DNA of 64,000 nt from NCBI GenBank assembly GCA_019057865.1, contig JAHLWP010000008.1:32001-96000 (forward strand), given 5' to 3'. The notes beneath the pieces were generated by a model that was given only the letters and a program-made list of their open reading frames with translations, had not been told where the DNA came from and did not search any database. Below, in pieces: positions 48,739-59,286 of the stretch. Both the position numbers and the translations under genes were made by a program. The DNA is from Promethearchaeota archaeon. GTDB lineage: Archaea; Asgardarchaeota; Lokiarchaeia; Sigyniarchaeales; SOKP01. The first letter of the stretch is position 1, and each line of letters begins with the position of its first letter.

Positions 48739-50097
48739 TTACTTTAAATTTATACGACCAATTGCTCTAAATGGTAATTCACCATGGAATTTGTCGTAAT
48801 CAAAAATTCTCCTTCCATCTATGAGATTTGGAGTTTTCATTTTATTCTTAAAATCACTGGGATTTAAGGTTTTGAACTCATCCCACTCAGTGACTAAGAA
48901 AGTACATTCAGAATCTTTTAATGCATCTTCTATATTTTCAGCATATTGAATTCTATCTCCAAATACTTCTCTAGCTGTTACATTCGCTTTAGGGTCATAA
49001 CCTATAATATCAGTAACATTTCGTTTTAATAATTCATTAACAATCCTAATACTTGCTGCTCCTCTCATATCATCTGTGCCTGGTTTAAATGAAAGACCTA
49101 ATAATGTAACTCTTCTTCCTGCTAATTTACCAGCTAATTCTTCAGCAATATCAACAATTTTAACTGCCTGATCATCATTTATAGCCAGAACTGCTTCTAA
49201 TAATCTAGAATGATATCCTTTAGCTTTTGCCCACGCTTTAATAGCATTTACATCCTTATGAAAGCAAGCACCACCGAAGCCAACTCCAGCACCTAAGAAT
49301 CTTGGATTAAGTCTATAATCTAACCCTACGCCTTTCATAACTTGGACAACGTCAACATTGGGAACTAATTGAGCAAAATTAGCAAATTCATTAGCATAAC
49401 TAATTTTAGTAGATAAAAGACAATTGTTTCCGTATTTTACTAGTTCTGCACTCTCAAGATTCATTCGTAAAATCGTACAATTTTTTAGATGATCCCCATA
49501 GAAGTACTTATAAAATTCTTGAAGCATTGCTCCACTCTTTTCATCAAATTCTCCAATAATGATTCTATCTGGGTGTAAAGTATCTTCAATAGAACGACCT
49601 TCAGCTAAAAATTCTGGTTGCATACATAATCCAAAATCTTTCCCTGGTTCTTTCCCTGATGTTTCTGTAATAATTTTACCCACTAAATTTCTTGTTGTTC
49701 CAGGAACAACTGTAGATCTGACAACAACCAAATGGTATTTATCTATTTTCTTTAAACTTTCACCTATTTCTCTTGCTGTATTCTCAATGAAACTTAGATC
49801 AATACTTTTATCTTGTTTCATTGGAGTCCCTTGGGTAATCATAGAAATATCTGTTTCTATTATTGCTCTTATAGGATCTGTAAGACATTGTAAAAGGTGG
49901 GGTTTTTTTTTCTTAATTTCATCCATCATTTCTTGTAAACCTGCTTCAAAAAAAGGAGCTCTACCTCCGTTAATCATAGCAGCTTTTTTTTCATTATGAG
50001 TAGAAGCCAATACTTTAATATCTTTATTAGCAAAGCAAGCAGCAGAGCATAATCCAATAAATCCAGTCCCTAGGATTGAAACACTATATTTATACAT
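48739..50097 (-). CDS. ugd: UDP-glucose/GDP-mannose dehydrogenase family protein
   Basis: GTGFIG, RSTVVPGTT, PEFLAEG, GFGGACFHKD, GLSFKPGTDD. Confidence 0.9.
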   Translation of the reverse strand: MYKYSVSILGTGFIGLCSAACFANKDIKVLASTHNEKKAAMINGGRAPFFEAGLQEMMDEIKKKKPHLLQCLTDPIRAIIETDISMITQGTPMKQDKSIDLSFIENTAREIGESLKKIDKYHLVVVRSTVVPGTTRNLVGKIITETSGKEPGKDFGLCMQPEFLAEGRSIEDTLHPDRIIIGEFDEKSGAMLQEFYKYFYGDHLKNCTILRMNLESAELVKYGNNCLLSTKISYANEFANFAQLVPNVDVVQVMKGVGLDYRLNPRFLGAGVGFGGACFHKDVNAIKAWAKAKGYHSRLLEAVLAINDDQAVKIVDIAEELAGKLAGRRVTLLGLSFKPGTDDMRGAASIRIVNELLKRNVTDIIGYDPKANVTAREVFGDRIQYAENIEDALKDSECTFLVTEWDEFKTLNPSDFKNKMKTPNLIDGRRIFDYDKFHGELPFRAIGRINLK

Positions 50098-50262
50098 AAT
50101 AACTAGTTTTCTTTTTTTTTGATTATATCAGATTTATAATATTAAAGTTTTAATATTTTTTTCCACATTAAATTAAATTATTCTGAAAAGGAAATTTCAA
50201 AAATCTTAAAATAATAAGAAAATAGTATTACATTTATGAAATTTCAAAGGAGATTTTAAAAA

Positions 50263-51549
50263 ATGAAAGAATTGAGAAAAAAACTAAAAATCACAAAAAA
50301 AGCGTTAGATACAGTAAATAAATTTCTTGTTGATGAGGATAACATTTTAATTAATAATTTAATTGATATAATCGAAAAGTATGGTGGCGTTGATGACATC
50401 AATAAGAAAGCTAAAGAAGCAAGTGAATTAGATAATCTACTAAGTAAACTAAAAAATAAGAAGCCTGATTATGCGCAGGATATAGAATGGTTAATTGAAC
50501 AAAGAGATAATAACGCTTTTATTAGCATACCTGAATATAGAAAGAAAATCCTTGGAGAAAAATTTTCAGAAATGAGCTTTAATAAGGATTATGCTGTTAC
50601 ATTAGAACTTTCAGCTTGCCAATATTTTCCATTTTTTATGGATATAACAAGAGCAGCTATTGAAGATCAGAATTTAATGCCAGGTAGAATAATTCGTGTA
50701 AGAAAAATGAAAGAACAAGAAGAAGATGGTGATCTATTAGCAATGGCGGCTGCCATGCAAATTATTGGCGCAACTTATGTAGAAACATTAGATACCAAGG
50801 GAACTGCTCCTGGTCCTGATGGATTACCAGTAAATGTACATCTTGGTGGACCCGAAACCATAACAGGTTATTTTGGAGGAGTGGGGCAACCTAATGATTT
50901 TGCATTAAAGTGGGTTGATGAATATCTTTATTATTATACTAATTATGGTATCAAGCAAGTTCTAAATATTAATCCTGGAACGGTTTTACTAGGATATTAT
51001 ATTCATAAATTAGGGATTAATAACGAATTTAAAATATCAGTATATATGGGAAATGATAATCCATACGCTTGCCTGTGGACTCTTTTAACAGCTAAATTAT
51101 TCGCCAGAGAAGATGGAACAAGCCCGTTGATTGGTTTTAATCTTGCTAACTCAGTAAATAATGAAACAATTGAACTCACTGCTCATATTAGAAAAGCATT
51201 TGATTTTGAAGATGTTATCAGATTTGAACATCATGTGATTGAAACACAGAAAAGTATTGTACGCCAACCATATGATCGAAGAGAAGATTTATTGGAAGTT
51301 GCTATGAAAGTGAAAAATATCAGTGCTAAACATGAAGGTGGTGATGTAGAAATAGATAAGAATAGAGAACATCCTTCAGATATTTTAGATTATTTTAGGG
51401 ATAAGCAAGAGATTATTGATTCAGGTCATTGGGAATTTATGCGTAGAAATCACCTTGATAGATATATTGCTATTAATACTACAGCAAAAGTATTAACTGA
51501 AAACGGTATTGATATTATTGCTGCCCAAAATCTTCATCAAGTTGATTAA
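50263..51549 (+). CDS. Conserved hypothetical protein, co-transcribed with DapA-Fae
   Basis: 428-aa enzyme-like ORF (ETLDTKG, VHLGGPETITGYFGG, EHH, KHEGG, HPSDILDY); 22-bp gap to next gene. Confidence 0.75.
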   Translation: MKELRKKLKITKKALDTVNKFLVDEDNILINNLIDIIEKYGGVDDINKKAKEASELDNLLSKLKNKKPDYAQDIEWLIEQRDNNAFISIPEYRKKILGEKFSEMSFNKDYAVTLELSACQYFPFFMDITRAAIEDQNLMPGRIIRVRKMKEQEEDGDLLAMAAAMQIIGATYVETLDTKGTAPGPDGLPVNVHLGGPETITGYFGGVGQPNDFALKWVDEYLYYYTNYGIKQVLNINPGTVLLGYYIHKLGINNEFKISVYMGNDNPYACLWTLLTAKLFAREDGTSPLIGFNLANSVNNETIELTAHIRKAFDFEDVIRFEHHVIETQKSIVRQPYDRREDLLEVAMKVKNISAKHEGGDVEIDKNREHPSDILDYFRDKQEIIDSGHWEFMRRNHLDRYIAINTTAKVLTENGIDIIAAQNLHQVD

Positions 51550-51571
51550 ATAATAGAGGTTTAAAGAAAAG

Positions 51572-53059
51572 ATGAGTAAGTTTGATTTTAGACCCACTGG
51601 AGTCATGGTAGCACTTGTAACGCCATTTAATAAAGATGAATCGATAAATGAAGACCAATTAAGGAATTTAGTTAATCATCTGATTGAACAAGGGGTTACA
51701 GGATTAGTCCCTGTCGGTACTACTGGAGAGTTTGTAAATATGACTTTTGAGGAACGTATAAAAGTAATTGAAATTGTAGTGGATGAAACAAATGGTAGAG
51801 TTCCGGTAATAGCAGGAACAGGAGAGACAGGAACCAAATTAGTGATTGATGCTACAAAAGCCGCAACTGATATAGGTGCAGATGCAGTTTTAATAGTCAC
51901 ACCTTATTATTTAAAACCGAAAGCAAAGGGATTATATGATCATTACTACACTATTACTGAAAAAACAGATATACCTATAGTACTCTATAATATCCCTGCT
52001 TGTACGGGTGTAGAATTACCTTGGACTGTTGTAGAAGATCTCGTAGATATCGAAAATATTGTTGCTATTAAAGATTCTAGTGGTGATTATAAATATTTTT
52101 CAGCATTATTGGAAAAAGTAAGTGATAAGATTTCAGTACTTATTGGATGGGATGAAAATGTTTTAGGAGCTTTAGCTGGAGGTGCTGCTGGCTGTATCTT
52201 AGGTTCTGCAAATGTTTTCCCTAAAATTTGGCTCGAAATTTATAATCATGTAAAAAATAATCGTCTAGAAGAAGCTCAAACACTTCAAAAGAAGGTCCAA
52301 AAAATAGCAAGACTTTTAATAAACTCAGGAGCATTAGGAGTTAAATCTTGCTTGAATATGATGAAAGTACCGGTTGGAAAAACTAGGCAACCAATTGTTT
52401 TAGGAGATGCTCTTTCTTATGAAATAAAAGATGAATTAAGAGTTGAGCTTGAGAAATTAGGATTGATTGAAAAAACAGAAGTCCAATTTGAATTTGGAGA
52501 AAAACCACTAATAAGTCGTTTCTATGCTGTTGGAATTACACCTAAGAAAATCACAGATTTTAAGTTAAAAGTAGGGGAATCATTAGTAGGAAATCGTGTT
52601 GAGCTTGCACATATTGATCTTCTAATTGGTGAAAAAGGTGGACCTGTTGGTAATGCTTATGCTCAAGCTTTAACTAATCCAGAAGAAGGACGTGAAGGTC
52701 TTCAAGTTATACTTGAGCCTAATATGCAAGTAAAACCACCAACAATTATGATCCCTACAGTTCGTCCAACTTCCCTTCGTCATGCTAGTCTAACTTATGG
52801 ACCTGCACAAGCTGCAATAGCCAAAGCTGTAATGCAATGTGTTATAGATGGAATTCTCCCGAAAGAATTAACAGATGATATTCTAATAATCGTGAATGTT
52901 TTTGTCCATCCAAGTGCTAGTGCAAGAAAGAGAATCTTTATCAACAACTATAAAGCAACTCGTAATGCAATTCGAAAAGCAATGGAAGGCTTACCAACGG
53001 TTGATGATGGGATAGAAAATGCTGAAAATGCACGCCATCCTTTTCGTAACGATCCTTAA
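51572..53059 (+). CDS. DapA/NAL-family class I aldolase fused to formaldehyde-activating enzyme (Fae)
   Basis: aa 1-300: GTTGE, YNIP, IKDSSGD; aa ~331-495: VGESLVG..ELAHIDLLIG, KPPT, GPAQAAIAKAV, VFVHP, NYKAT, HPF. Confidence 0.9.
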   Translation: MSKFDFRPTGVMVALVTPFNKDESINEDQLRNLVNHLIEQGVTGLVPVGTTGEFVNMTFEERIKVIEIVVDETNGRVPVIAGTGETGTKLVIDATKAATDIGADAVLIVTPYYLKPKAKGLYDHYYTITEKTDIPIVLYNIPACTGVELPWTVVEDLVDIENIVAIKDSSGDYKYFSALLEKVSDKISVLIGWDENVLGALAGGAAGCILGSANVFPKIWLEIYNHVKNNRLEEAQTLQKKVQKIARLLINSGALGVKSCLNMMKVPVGKTRQPIVLGDALSYEIKDELRVELEKLGLIEKTEVQFEFGEKPLISRFYAVGITPKKITDFKLKVGESLVGNRVELAHIDLLIGEKGGPVGNAYAQALTNPEEGREGLQVILEPNMQVKPPTIMIPTVRPTSLRHASLTYGPAQAAIAKAVMQCVIDGILPKELTDDILIIVNVFVHPSASARKRIFINNYKATRNAIRKAMEGLPTVDDGIENAENARHPFRNDP

Positions 53060-53252
53060 CTTTTCCTAAAATTATTTTTTCAATTTTTTATATTTTATTA
53101 ATTAAATCTTTCAAGATTTTAAATTTATAAACTAATTTTGTAGTTATTTAATACATTATAACCCGAATATTGATAATCTCAAATAAATATTAGAAACTAA
53201 TAATAATATCAAATCCAAAATTGTAAAGATAAAATGAGATGAATTATAAAAA

Positions 53253-53738
53253 ATGTCAGAACAGATATTTCATTTAAAAGTGGGTGTAGAAGCTCCTGGA
53301 TTTTGTCTTCCAGATAAAGATAATAAGGAGGTATGTTTGAAGGATTTTAAGGGTAAATATGTAGTTCTTTATTTTTATCCAAAAGATAATACACCAGGAT
53401 GTACAACTGAGGCTATAGGTTTTACAGGGATTTTACCAGAATTACAAAAATTGGACGGTATCGTCATTGGAATTAGTCCAGATTCTCCTGAATCACATGC
53501 GAAATTTATTAAAAAGAAGAATTTAAAAGTAATCCTTTTGAGTGATGTTGATAAGAAGGTATTAAAGGCATACGGAAAATGGGGTAAGAAGAAATTTTTG
53601 GGTAAAGAATACATAGGTGTTACTCGAAGTACTTTTCTACTAGATCCTAATGGAAATATAGCACACATTTGGCCGAAAGTCTCTGTAAAAGGACATCCAG
53701 AAGATGTTGAAAAAGTAATAAAAGAACTAATAAACTAA
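53253..53738 (+). CDS. bcp: BCP/PrxQ peroxiredoxin (Cys form)
   Basis: FYPKDNTPGCTTEA, GISPD, RSTFL. Confidence 0.92.
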   Translation: MSEQIFHLKVGVEAPGFCLPDKDNKEVCLKDFKGKYVVLYFYPKDNTPGCTTEAIGFTGILPELQKLDGIVIGISPDSPESHAKFIKKKNLKVILLSDVDKKVLKAYGKWGKKKFLGKEYIGVTRSTFLLDPNGNIAHIWPKVSVKGHPEDVEKVIKELIN

Positions 53739-53802
53739 ACTTCTTTTTTATATTATTTTTTATATGAAATTATAATTATAAAATCAAAATTACCTTTAAA
53801 TT

Positions 53803-54387
53803 ATGAATGTTATAGATGCTATAAAAGAAAGGAGAGCCTATCGTTCTCTTGAATTTGTTGAAATCTCAGACGAATTAATTAATGACTTGGCTAATAAAGC
53901 ACAAATTGCTCCTTCATGTATGAACAAGCAACCTTGGAATTTTATTTTTATAAGAGAAAAAGAACAACTGGAAAGATTATTTACAGCTCTCTCTATTGGA
54001 AATAAATGGGTTGAAGATGCTTCAATGATAATTGCTATATTCAGTAAACCTGAGAATGATTGTATAATTGGTGAACGTCTCTATTATCTATTTGATATTG
54101 GAATCGCTGCTGCTTTCATTATATTGCGAGCCACGGAACTAGGATTAGTAGCCCATCCAATAGCCGGTTTTAAAGAAGAAATAGCAAAAAAAATTTTAGA
54201 AATTCCTAATGAAATGATATTGATTACGCTTATAATCATCGGAAAACATTCAAAAACTATTAACCCAATTCTTTCAGAACCAATGAAATTAGGAGAAAAG
54301 CAAAGACCTCCAAGAAAGCAATTAGGAGAGTTTATATTCCTTGAACGTTATAATAATAAATTTATTGAGAAAAGAGGTAAACAATAA
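53803..54387 (+). CDS. Nitroreductase family protein
   Basis: RRAYR, APSCMNKQPW, DIGIA, ATELGL. Confidence 0.9.
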   Translation: MNVIDAIKERRAYRSLEFVEISDELINDLANKAQIAPSCMNKQPWNFIFIREKEQLERLFTALSIGNKWVEDASMIIAIFSKPENDCIIGERLYYLFDIGIAAAFIILRATELGLVAHPIAGFKEEIAKKILEIPNEMILITLIIIGKHSKTINPILSEPMKLGEKQRPPRKQLGEFIFLERYNNKFIEKRGKQ

Positions 54388-56502
54388 ATGAATGATGAAA
54401 TAATAAAAAGTTATAAGAATCATTTATCAAATGAAAGAAGCCCTTATCTCCTTGAACATGCAAATGATCCCATAAATTGGTATCCCTGGGGAGAAGAAGC
54501 CTTTAAAAAAGCTAAAGAAGAGAATAAACCAATATTTCTATCAATAGGTTATTCTAGCTGTCACTGGTGTCATATTTTTCAGAAAGAGTCTTTTTCAGAT
54601 TCAGAAGTCGCATCTTCAATGAATGAAGTATTTGTTTCAATAAAAGTGGACAGAGAGGAACGTCCAGATATAGACAAAATTTATATGACAGTATGCCAAA
54701 TGATGACAGGAAGTGGAGGATGGCCTTTAACTATAATAATGACTCCTAACAAGAAACCATTTTTTGCAGGTACATACTTTCCGAAAGAAAGCCGCTTTGG
54801 GCGTATAGGGCTTATTGATTTAATAAAAAGAGTAGAAAATCTCTGGAATAATAATAAGGATGAAATATTAAACTCTGCTGATCAAATTACAATATCTCTC
54901 CAGAATATTGATCAAGAAGCTCCAGGAGATAAAATCAGTGAAAAACTTTTAAATAAGACGTATAATCAGCTAAAAAATCAATTTGATGAAAAAAATGGAG
55001 GTTTTAGTGAACATCCAAAATTTCCTACTCCTCACAATATATTATTCTTGCTTCGGTACTGGAAGCGAACAGGAGAGAAGGAAACTTTAGAAATGGTAGA
55101 AAAAACACTCCAAGCAATGAGAAGAGGTGGAATTTATGATCATATTGGTTTTGGAATCCATCGTTATTCAACAGATTCAACTTGGCTTGTTCCTCATTTT
55201 GAAAAAATGCTTTATGATCAAGCATTAGTTGCCATGGCGTATATAGAGGCATATCAAGCTACAAAAAATCCGGAATATAGGAAAATTACTCAAGAAATTT
55301 TTGAATATGTTTTACGTGATATGACTTCACATGAGGGAGGATTCTATTCGGCAGAAGATGCTGATAGCGAGGGAGAAGAAGGAAAGTTTTATGTATGGTC
55401 AAAAGATGATCTGGAAATTATTCTTGATAAGGAAGAATTTGATTTAGCTATGAAAGTTTTTAATGTTAAAGATTCTGGAAATTATTTAGAAGAATCAACA
55501 GGAAAAAGAACTGGACAAAATATATTACATATTAACGATTCTTTTACAAAAATCTCAAGCAATCTTAGCATTTCGGAAAAAGAGTTAGTATCAAAAATTG
55601 AAAACATTAGTAGAAAGCTGTTTGAAGTACGTGAGAAGAGAATACATCCTCATAAAGATGATAAAATCTTAGTAGATTGGAATGGGTTAATGAATGCAGC
55701 ATTAACTAAAGGAGCACAAGTCTTTAATGAAAATAAATATTTGAAAGCAGCTAAAAAAGCTACTGAATTTATATTATCATCATTACGTTTACCTAATGGT
55801 AGACTACTGCATCGATATAGGGAAAGTGTAGGTGAAATTAATGCATACTTAACAGATTATGCTTTCTTAATTTGGGGTTTAATTGAATTATACGAAGCTA
55901 CTTTTGATATTTATTTTCTCAAAACTGCGCTTGAATTGCATGAAATTCAATTAAAGCGTTTTTGGGATAATAATATTGGTGGATTTTTTTTCACGGCGGA
56001 TGATAGTGAGGAGTTATTAACTAGACAAAAAGAAATCTATGACGGTGCTATTCCATCTGGAAATTCTGTAGCAATGTTAAATTTATTACGTTTAAGTTAT
56101 TTCACAGGTAATCACGAATTAGAAGAAAAAGCAGATATAATAGGTAGAGTATTTACAGAAAAATTAAGTAATATACCTGTAGCTTATACAAATTTCATGA
56201 TAGCGGCAGATTTTGCAATAGGACCGACATATTCTTTGGTAATTGCTGGAAATACAGACAGTGATGATACTAATGAGATGGTAACAACAATAAGAAATGA
56301 GTATATTCCTAATAAAGTTCTAATGCAAAGAAAAACAGAACAAAATCCACCAGATATAGACAAATTCTCTAACTTTGTTGAATATTTTGATAATCTTGAA
56401 GGGAAAGCTACGGCATATGTCTGTATTAATAAAACATGTAAACCTCCTACCCATGATCTGAATCAAATGATTGAATTTCTTAAATCAGATTGGAGCAATT
56501 AA
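54388..56502 (+). CDS. YyaL/SSP411-like thioredoxin-domain protein
   Basis: [39 protein letters not shown]. Confidence 0.92.
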   Translation: MNDEIIKSYKNHLSNERSPYLLEHANDPINWYPWGEEAFKKAKEENKPIFLSIGYSSCHWCHIFQKESFSDSEVASSMNEVFVSIKVDREERPDIDKIYMTVCQMMTGSGGWPLTIIMTPNKKPFFAGTYFPKESRFGRIGLIDLIKRVENLWNNNKDEILNSADQITISLQNIDQEAPGDKISEKLLNKTYNQLKNQFDEKNGGFSEHPKFPTPHNILFLLRYWKRTGEKETLEMVEKTLQAMRRGGIYDHIGFGIHRYSTDSTWLVPHFEKMLYDQALVAMAYIEAYQATKNPEYRKITQEIFEYVLRDMTSHEGGFYSAEDADSEGEEGKFYVWSKDDLEIILDKEEFDLAMKVFNVKDSGNYLEESTGKRTGQNILHINDSFTKISSNLSISEKELVSKIENISRKLFEVREKRIHPHKDDKILVDWNGLMNAALTKGAQVFNENKYLKAAKKATEFILSSLRLPNGRLLHRYRESVGEINAYLTDYAFLIWGLIELYEATFDIYFLKTALELHEIQLKRFWDNNIGGFFFTADDSEELLTRQKEIYDGAIPSGNSVAMLNLLRLSYFTGNHELEEKADIIGRVFTEKLSNIPVAYTNFMIAADFAIGPTYSLVIAGNTDSDDTNEMVTTIRNEYIPNKVLMQRKTEQNPPDIDKFSNFVEYFDNLEGKATAYVCINKTCKPPTHDLNQMIEFLKSDWSN

Positions 56503-56529
56503 TTTTTTAAATGGTTAAAAAAATAAGAT

Positions 56530-56901
56530 TTAAGGTAATTTTTCAAACTTTTTATCAACAATTTCTTTTAATTCATCAATTGTTTTAACATCATTCATCT
56601 CGTCTTGCGAAATAAAAAGTTCTAATCCATTTTCAGTTTCTATATATGCTGAAGGATAAATAGCGCCTGTAATCTCATAATTTTTCTCAAACTCATCTTT
56701 ATGTAAAAATTCTACATCAATCTTTAGATTATTAATGAACTTTTTCCAGTCTTTTTTCATTCCAAATGCTCCAAAGGTTTGCATACATAAATTACATTGA
56801 TAACTGCTTGGACGTAAAATTTTTTTCCAAAAATCTTTAACTAAATTTATTACTCCCGAATCAGCATTATAAATAAATACTAATTTTTTTTTATTACTCA
56901 T
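56530..56901 (-). CDS. Conserved hypothetical small protein (thioredoxin-like)
   Basis: LVFIYNADSG, CNLC, EFLHKDEF. Confidence 0.7.
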   Translation of the reverse strand: MSNKKKLVFIYNADSGVINLVKDFWKKILRPSSYQCNLCMQTFGAFGMKKDWKKFINNLKIDVEFLHKDEFEKNYEITGAIYPSAYIETENGLELFISQDEMNDVKTIDELKEIVDKKFEKLP

Positions 56902-57167
56902 AAAAACCCCTCTTAACTATACTTAACCTGAGTATATAACAGATATCAAAAAATTTTAATCTAAGCTTAATTGAATATAAACTTTTTAGCAATTTTTAAA
57001 ACAATTTATATGTTAAAATAAAGAAAAATTATTAATTTATTCAGATACAATCTTTTTCTAAATAATTACTGATTTAAATAAAGCTACAAATCTAAATAAA
57101 GCTGTTCGAAATTCAACATGAATATTATTATTTGTTTCTGTGATTATTTTTGAATTAGTCAAAGAAA

Positions 57168-58484
57168 TTATACATCGAGAATATCTTTAATGTCTGGATT
57201 AATTTTTGCTGGATCAAAATAGGATGTTTTACCCGTTTCTATAAATATTTTTATTTCTTCAGCATATCGGTCTTCAAAATCATTAACAAAATATATTAAC
57301 CTTTCTTTTAGGCTTTTTTTAGCAGGTTCAGAAAGAATTAATGCTATCTTTATCCAATTACCATATGCAGCATGAATAGAAAACCCTTTATAACTAATTG
57401 CATCCATAGCATCTGACCCTCCTATTTCAGATACAAATGAATCCATAGCACTTAAAAACCCAGAAACCAAATCTTGTTCTATTTTTAAATCATCACGAGA
57501 GTAAGTTAGTAAAGGTAAACCAGAAGATTTATCAATAATTAATAAAGTTCTAAAAATATCTCGATATCGAGGTTTCCTAGCTAAAGATTGTTCTTTTTCC
57601 AAGGCTTCTTCTTTGGGTAGAATTTCATACATAATAAATTTTTTTGGGTTATATGAATCTGATTCACTAAATTCATAATCTGATATTTTTGCTAATCTTG
57701 ATTGGGTCCTTATTGGTTCACGGGGTAGTTTCTGAATATATTTATCTCTGAGTGTAATATTATGATTTTTAGATTTCTTTCCTTTCGTGATACCTAACAC
57801 TCTCTGATGCATAGGATCCACAACATAAAACCAAACATTTAATTTTTTCATATCAGATATTAGTCTTTCTAATCCTATATTATAGACTCCTCTTGGAGTA
57901 GTTACAAAAACCGTCCATGAAGCAATTTTTGAAACTTCATTTAACAAGCAGAATGTATTTTTATATTCCTCCTCATTCATTTGTGGACCTGTTCGTACGA
58001 AAACGGCTTCAGTTCTTAATAAAGGCTTTTTTTTAATCAGATATAAATCTACATTATACTTAATTTCATTAATATTAGAGGTATCATAAACCGAGATTCC
58101 CATATCTGCGCAATAATCGGCAAAAACATCTATTAATTCATGTTTTGCTATGAAATCAAATCGAGATAAATATTTTTTTATTTTATCGTCTTTAAATAGC
58201 ATATCTGCAATGAAATCTAAGCAAGTGGGATAAATTTGCTGAAGTTCCTTAATATTTTTATATTTATTATAAAAATGAATACCTATATAATCAAGATAAT
58301 CTAATTTCGTGAGATCCTTTCCTTTTGGGATGGTTATTCTATTTATTTCCACAAAATCCTCTAATTCTTTAAATCTAGTTCTTACTATTAAACAGTTAAG
58401 ACAAATAATGCCAAATTTACCTTCGATTTCTTGACGAATGATTTCTTGTATCTCTTCTGGACTTTGTGAATTTTCTGCATTCAT
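57168..58484 (-). CDS. Protein with C-terminal longin/roadblock-like domain
   Basis: C-terminal LLIIDKSSGLPL...DLVSGFLSAMDSFVSEI...ISYKGF...IALIL...F..DFEDRY. Confidence 0.7.
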   Translation of the reverse strand: MNAENSQSPEEIQEIIRQEIEGKFGIICLNCLIVRTRFKELEDFVEINRITIPKGKDLTKLDYLDYIGIHFYNKYKNIKELQQIYPTCLDFIADMLFKDDKIKKYLSRFDFIAKHELIDVFADYCADMGISVYDTSNINEIKYNVDLYLIKKKPLLRTEAVFVRTGPQMNEEEYKNTFCLLNEVSKIASWTVFVTTPRGVYNIGLERLISDMKKLNVWFYVVDPMHQRVLGITKGKKSKNHNITLRDKYIQKLPREPIRTQSRLAKISDYEFSESDSYNPKKFIMYEILPKEEALEKEQSLARKPRYRDIFRTLLIIDKSSGLPLLTYSRDDLKIEQDLVSGFLSAMDSFVSEIGGSDAMDAISYKGFSIHAAYGNWIKIALILSEPAKKSLKERLIYFVNDFEDRYAEEIKIFIETGKTSYFDPAKINPDIKDILDV

Positions 58485-58579
58485 AATCTAAATATTATAG
58501 GTATTGATTTTAAAATATTTTTATAATAAAGTTTGAATCAACTTCTCTTTTAAATCTAATTTCTATAAATTAAAATCAA

Positions 58580-59209
58580 TTATGCTTTAAATAAAATATA
58601 TGCATCCCGAAGACGTAAAAATGCTGTTATAAATACTAATATCGCAAATAACCATAATAATTCAAATCGCCAAGGATAAAAAAGGGTCATACTTAAAAGA
58701 AATAAAAAAGTTTCAGAACGCTCAATAAGTCCATGTCGATAATAAATTACTTTCTTATTTTCTTCTAAATCTTCGGCTTTTATTGCTCCTCCTACTAACA
58801 AAAACATACTAATGCATAAAACAATTGATCCCAAAGAAAATATTCCTGGCCATATTAAAATTGAGGGATTTGTTGATATAAATGCGATAATGATGGATAT
58901 TTCTACTGTTCTATCACAAAAAATATCTAATATTCCCCCAAATTTAGTAATTCCTTTCAATCTTGCCATGGTTCCATCGAGAGCATCGATAAAAAAAGAA
59001 GTTCCCATTATAATAGCAGAAATTATGATAAATATTAAATTAAGTTCTTTAAAAAATCCACTTAAAAAAATTAGGAAAGCAGTTAGCAAACCTAATATTA
59101 AACCAATAATCGTGAGAAGATTAGCAGAAAAATGCTTGTAAAAAACTCTTCTTACAAATCTCTCGATTAATTTATTAAGTTGCGACTTTGAGAGCAGTTT
59201 ATCAATCAT
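58580..59209 (-). CDS. CDP-alcohol phosphatidyltransferase family protein
   Basis: ANLLT, DALDGTMAR...GGILDIFCDR. Confidence 0.9.
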   Translation of the reverse strand: MIDKLLSKSQLNKLIERFVRRVFYKHFSANLLTIIGLILGLLTAFLIFLSGFFKELNLIFIIISAIIMGTSFFIDALDGTMARLKGITKFGGILDIFCDRTVEISIIIAFISTNPSILIWPGIFSLGSIVLCISMFLLVGGAIKAEDLEENKKVIYYRHGLIERSETFLFLLSMTLFYPWRFELLWLFAILVFITAFLRLRDAYILFKA

Positions 59210-59286
59210 GGAACAATAACACCTTATTTATTAAAAATAAAAAGTGTTTTCTATCATTTCAAAATTATTATTATTAGGATGTTAAT

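Noticed and set aside
14545-57105. Short two-copy tandem repeats (about 14551-14583, 16491-16521, 57075-57103)
   Set aside because: Two-unit slippage duplications near gene ends; no array or shared consensus
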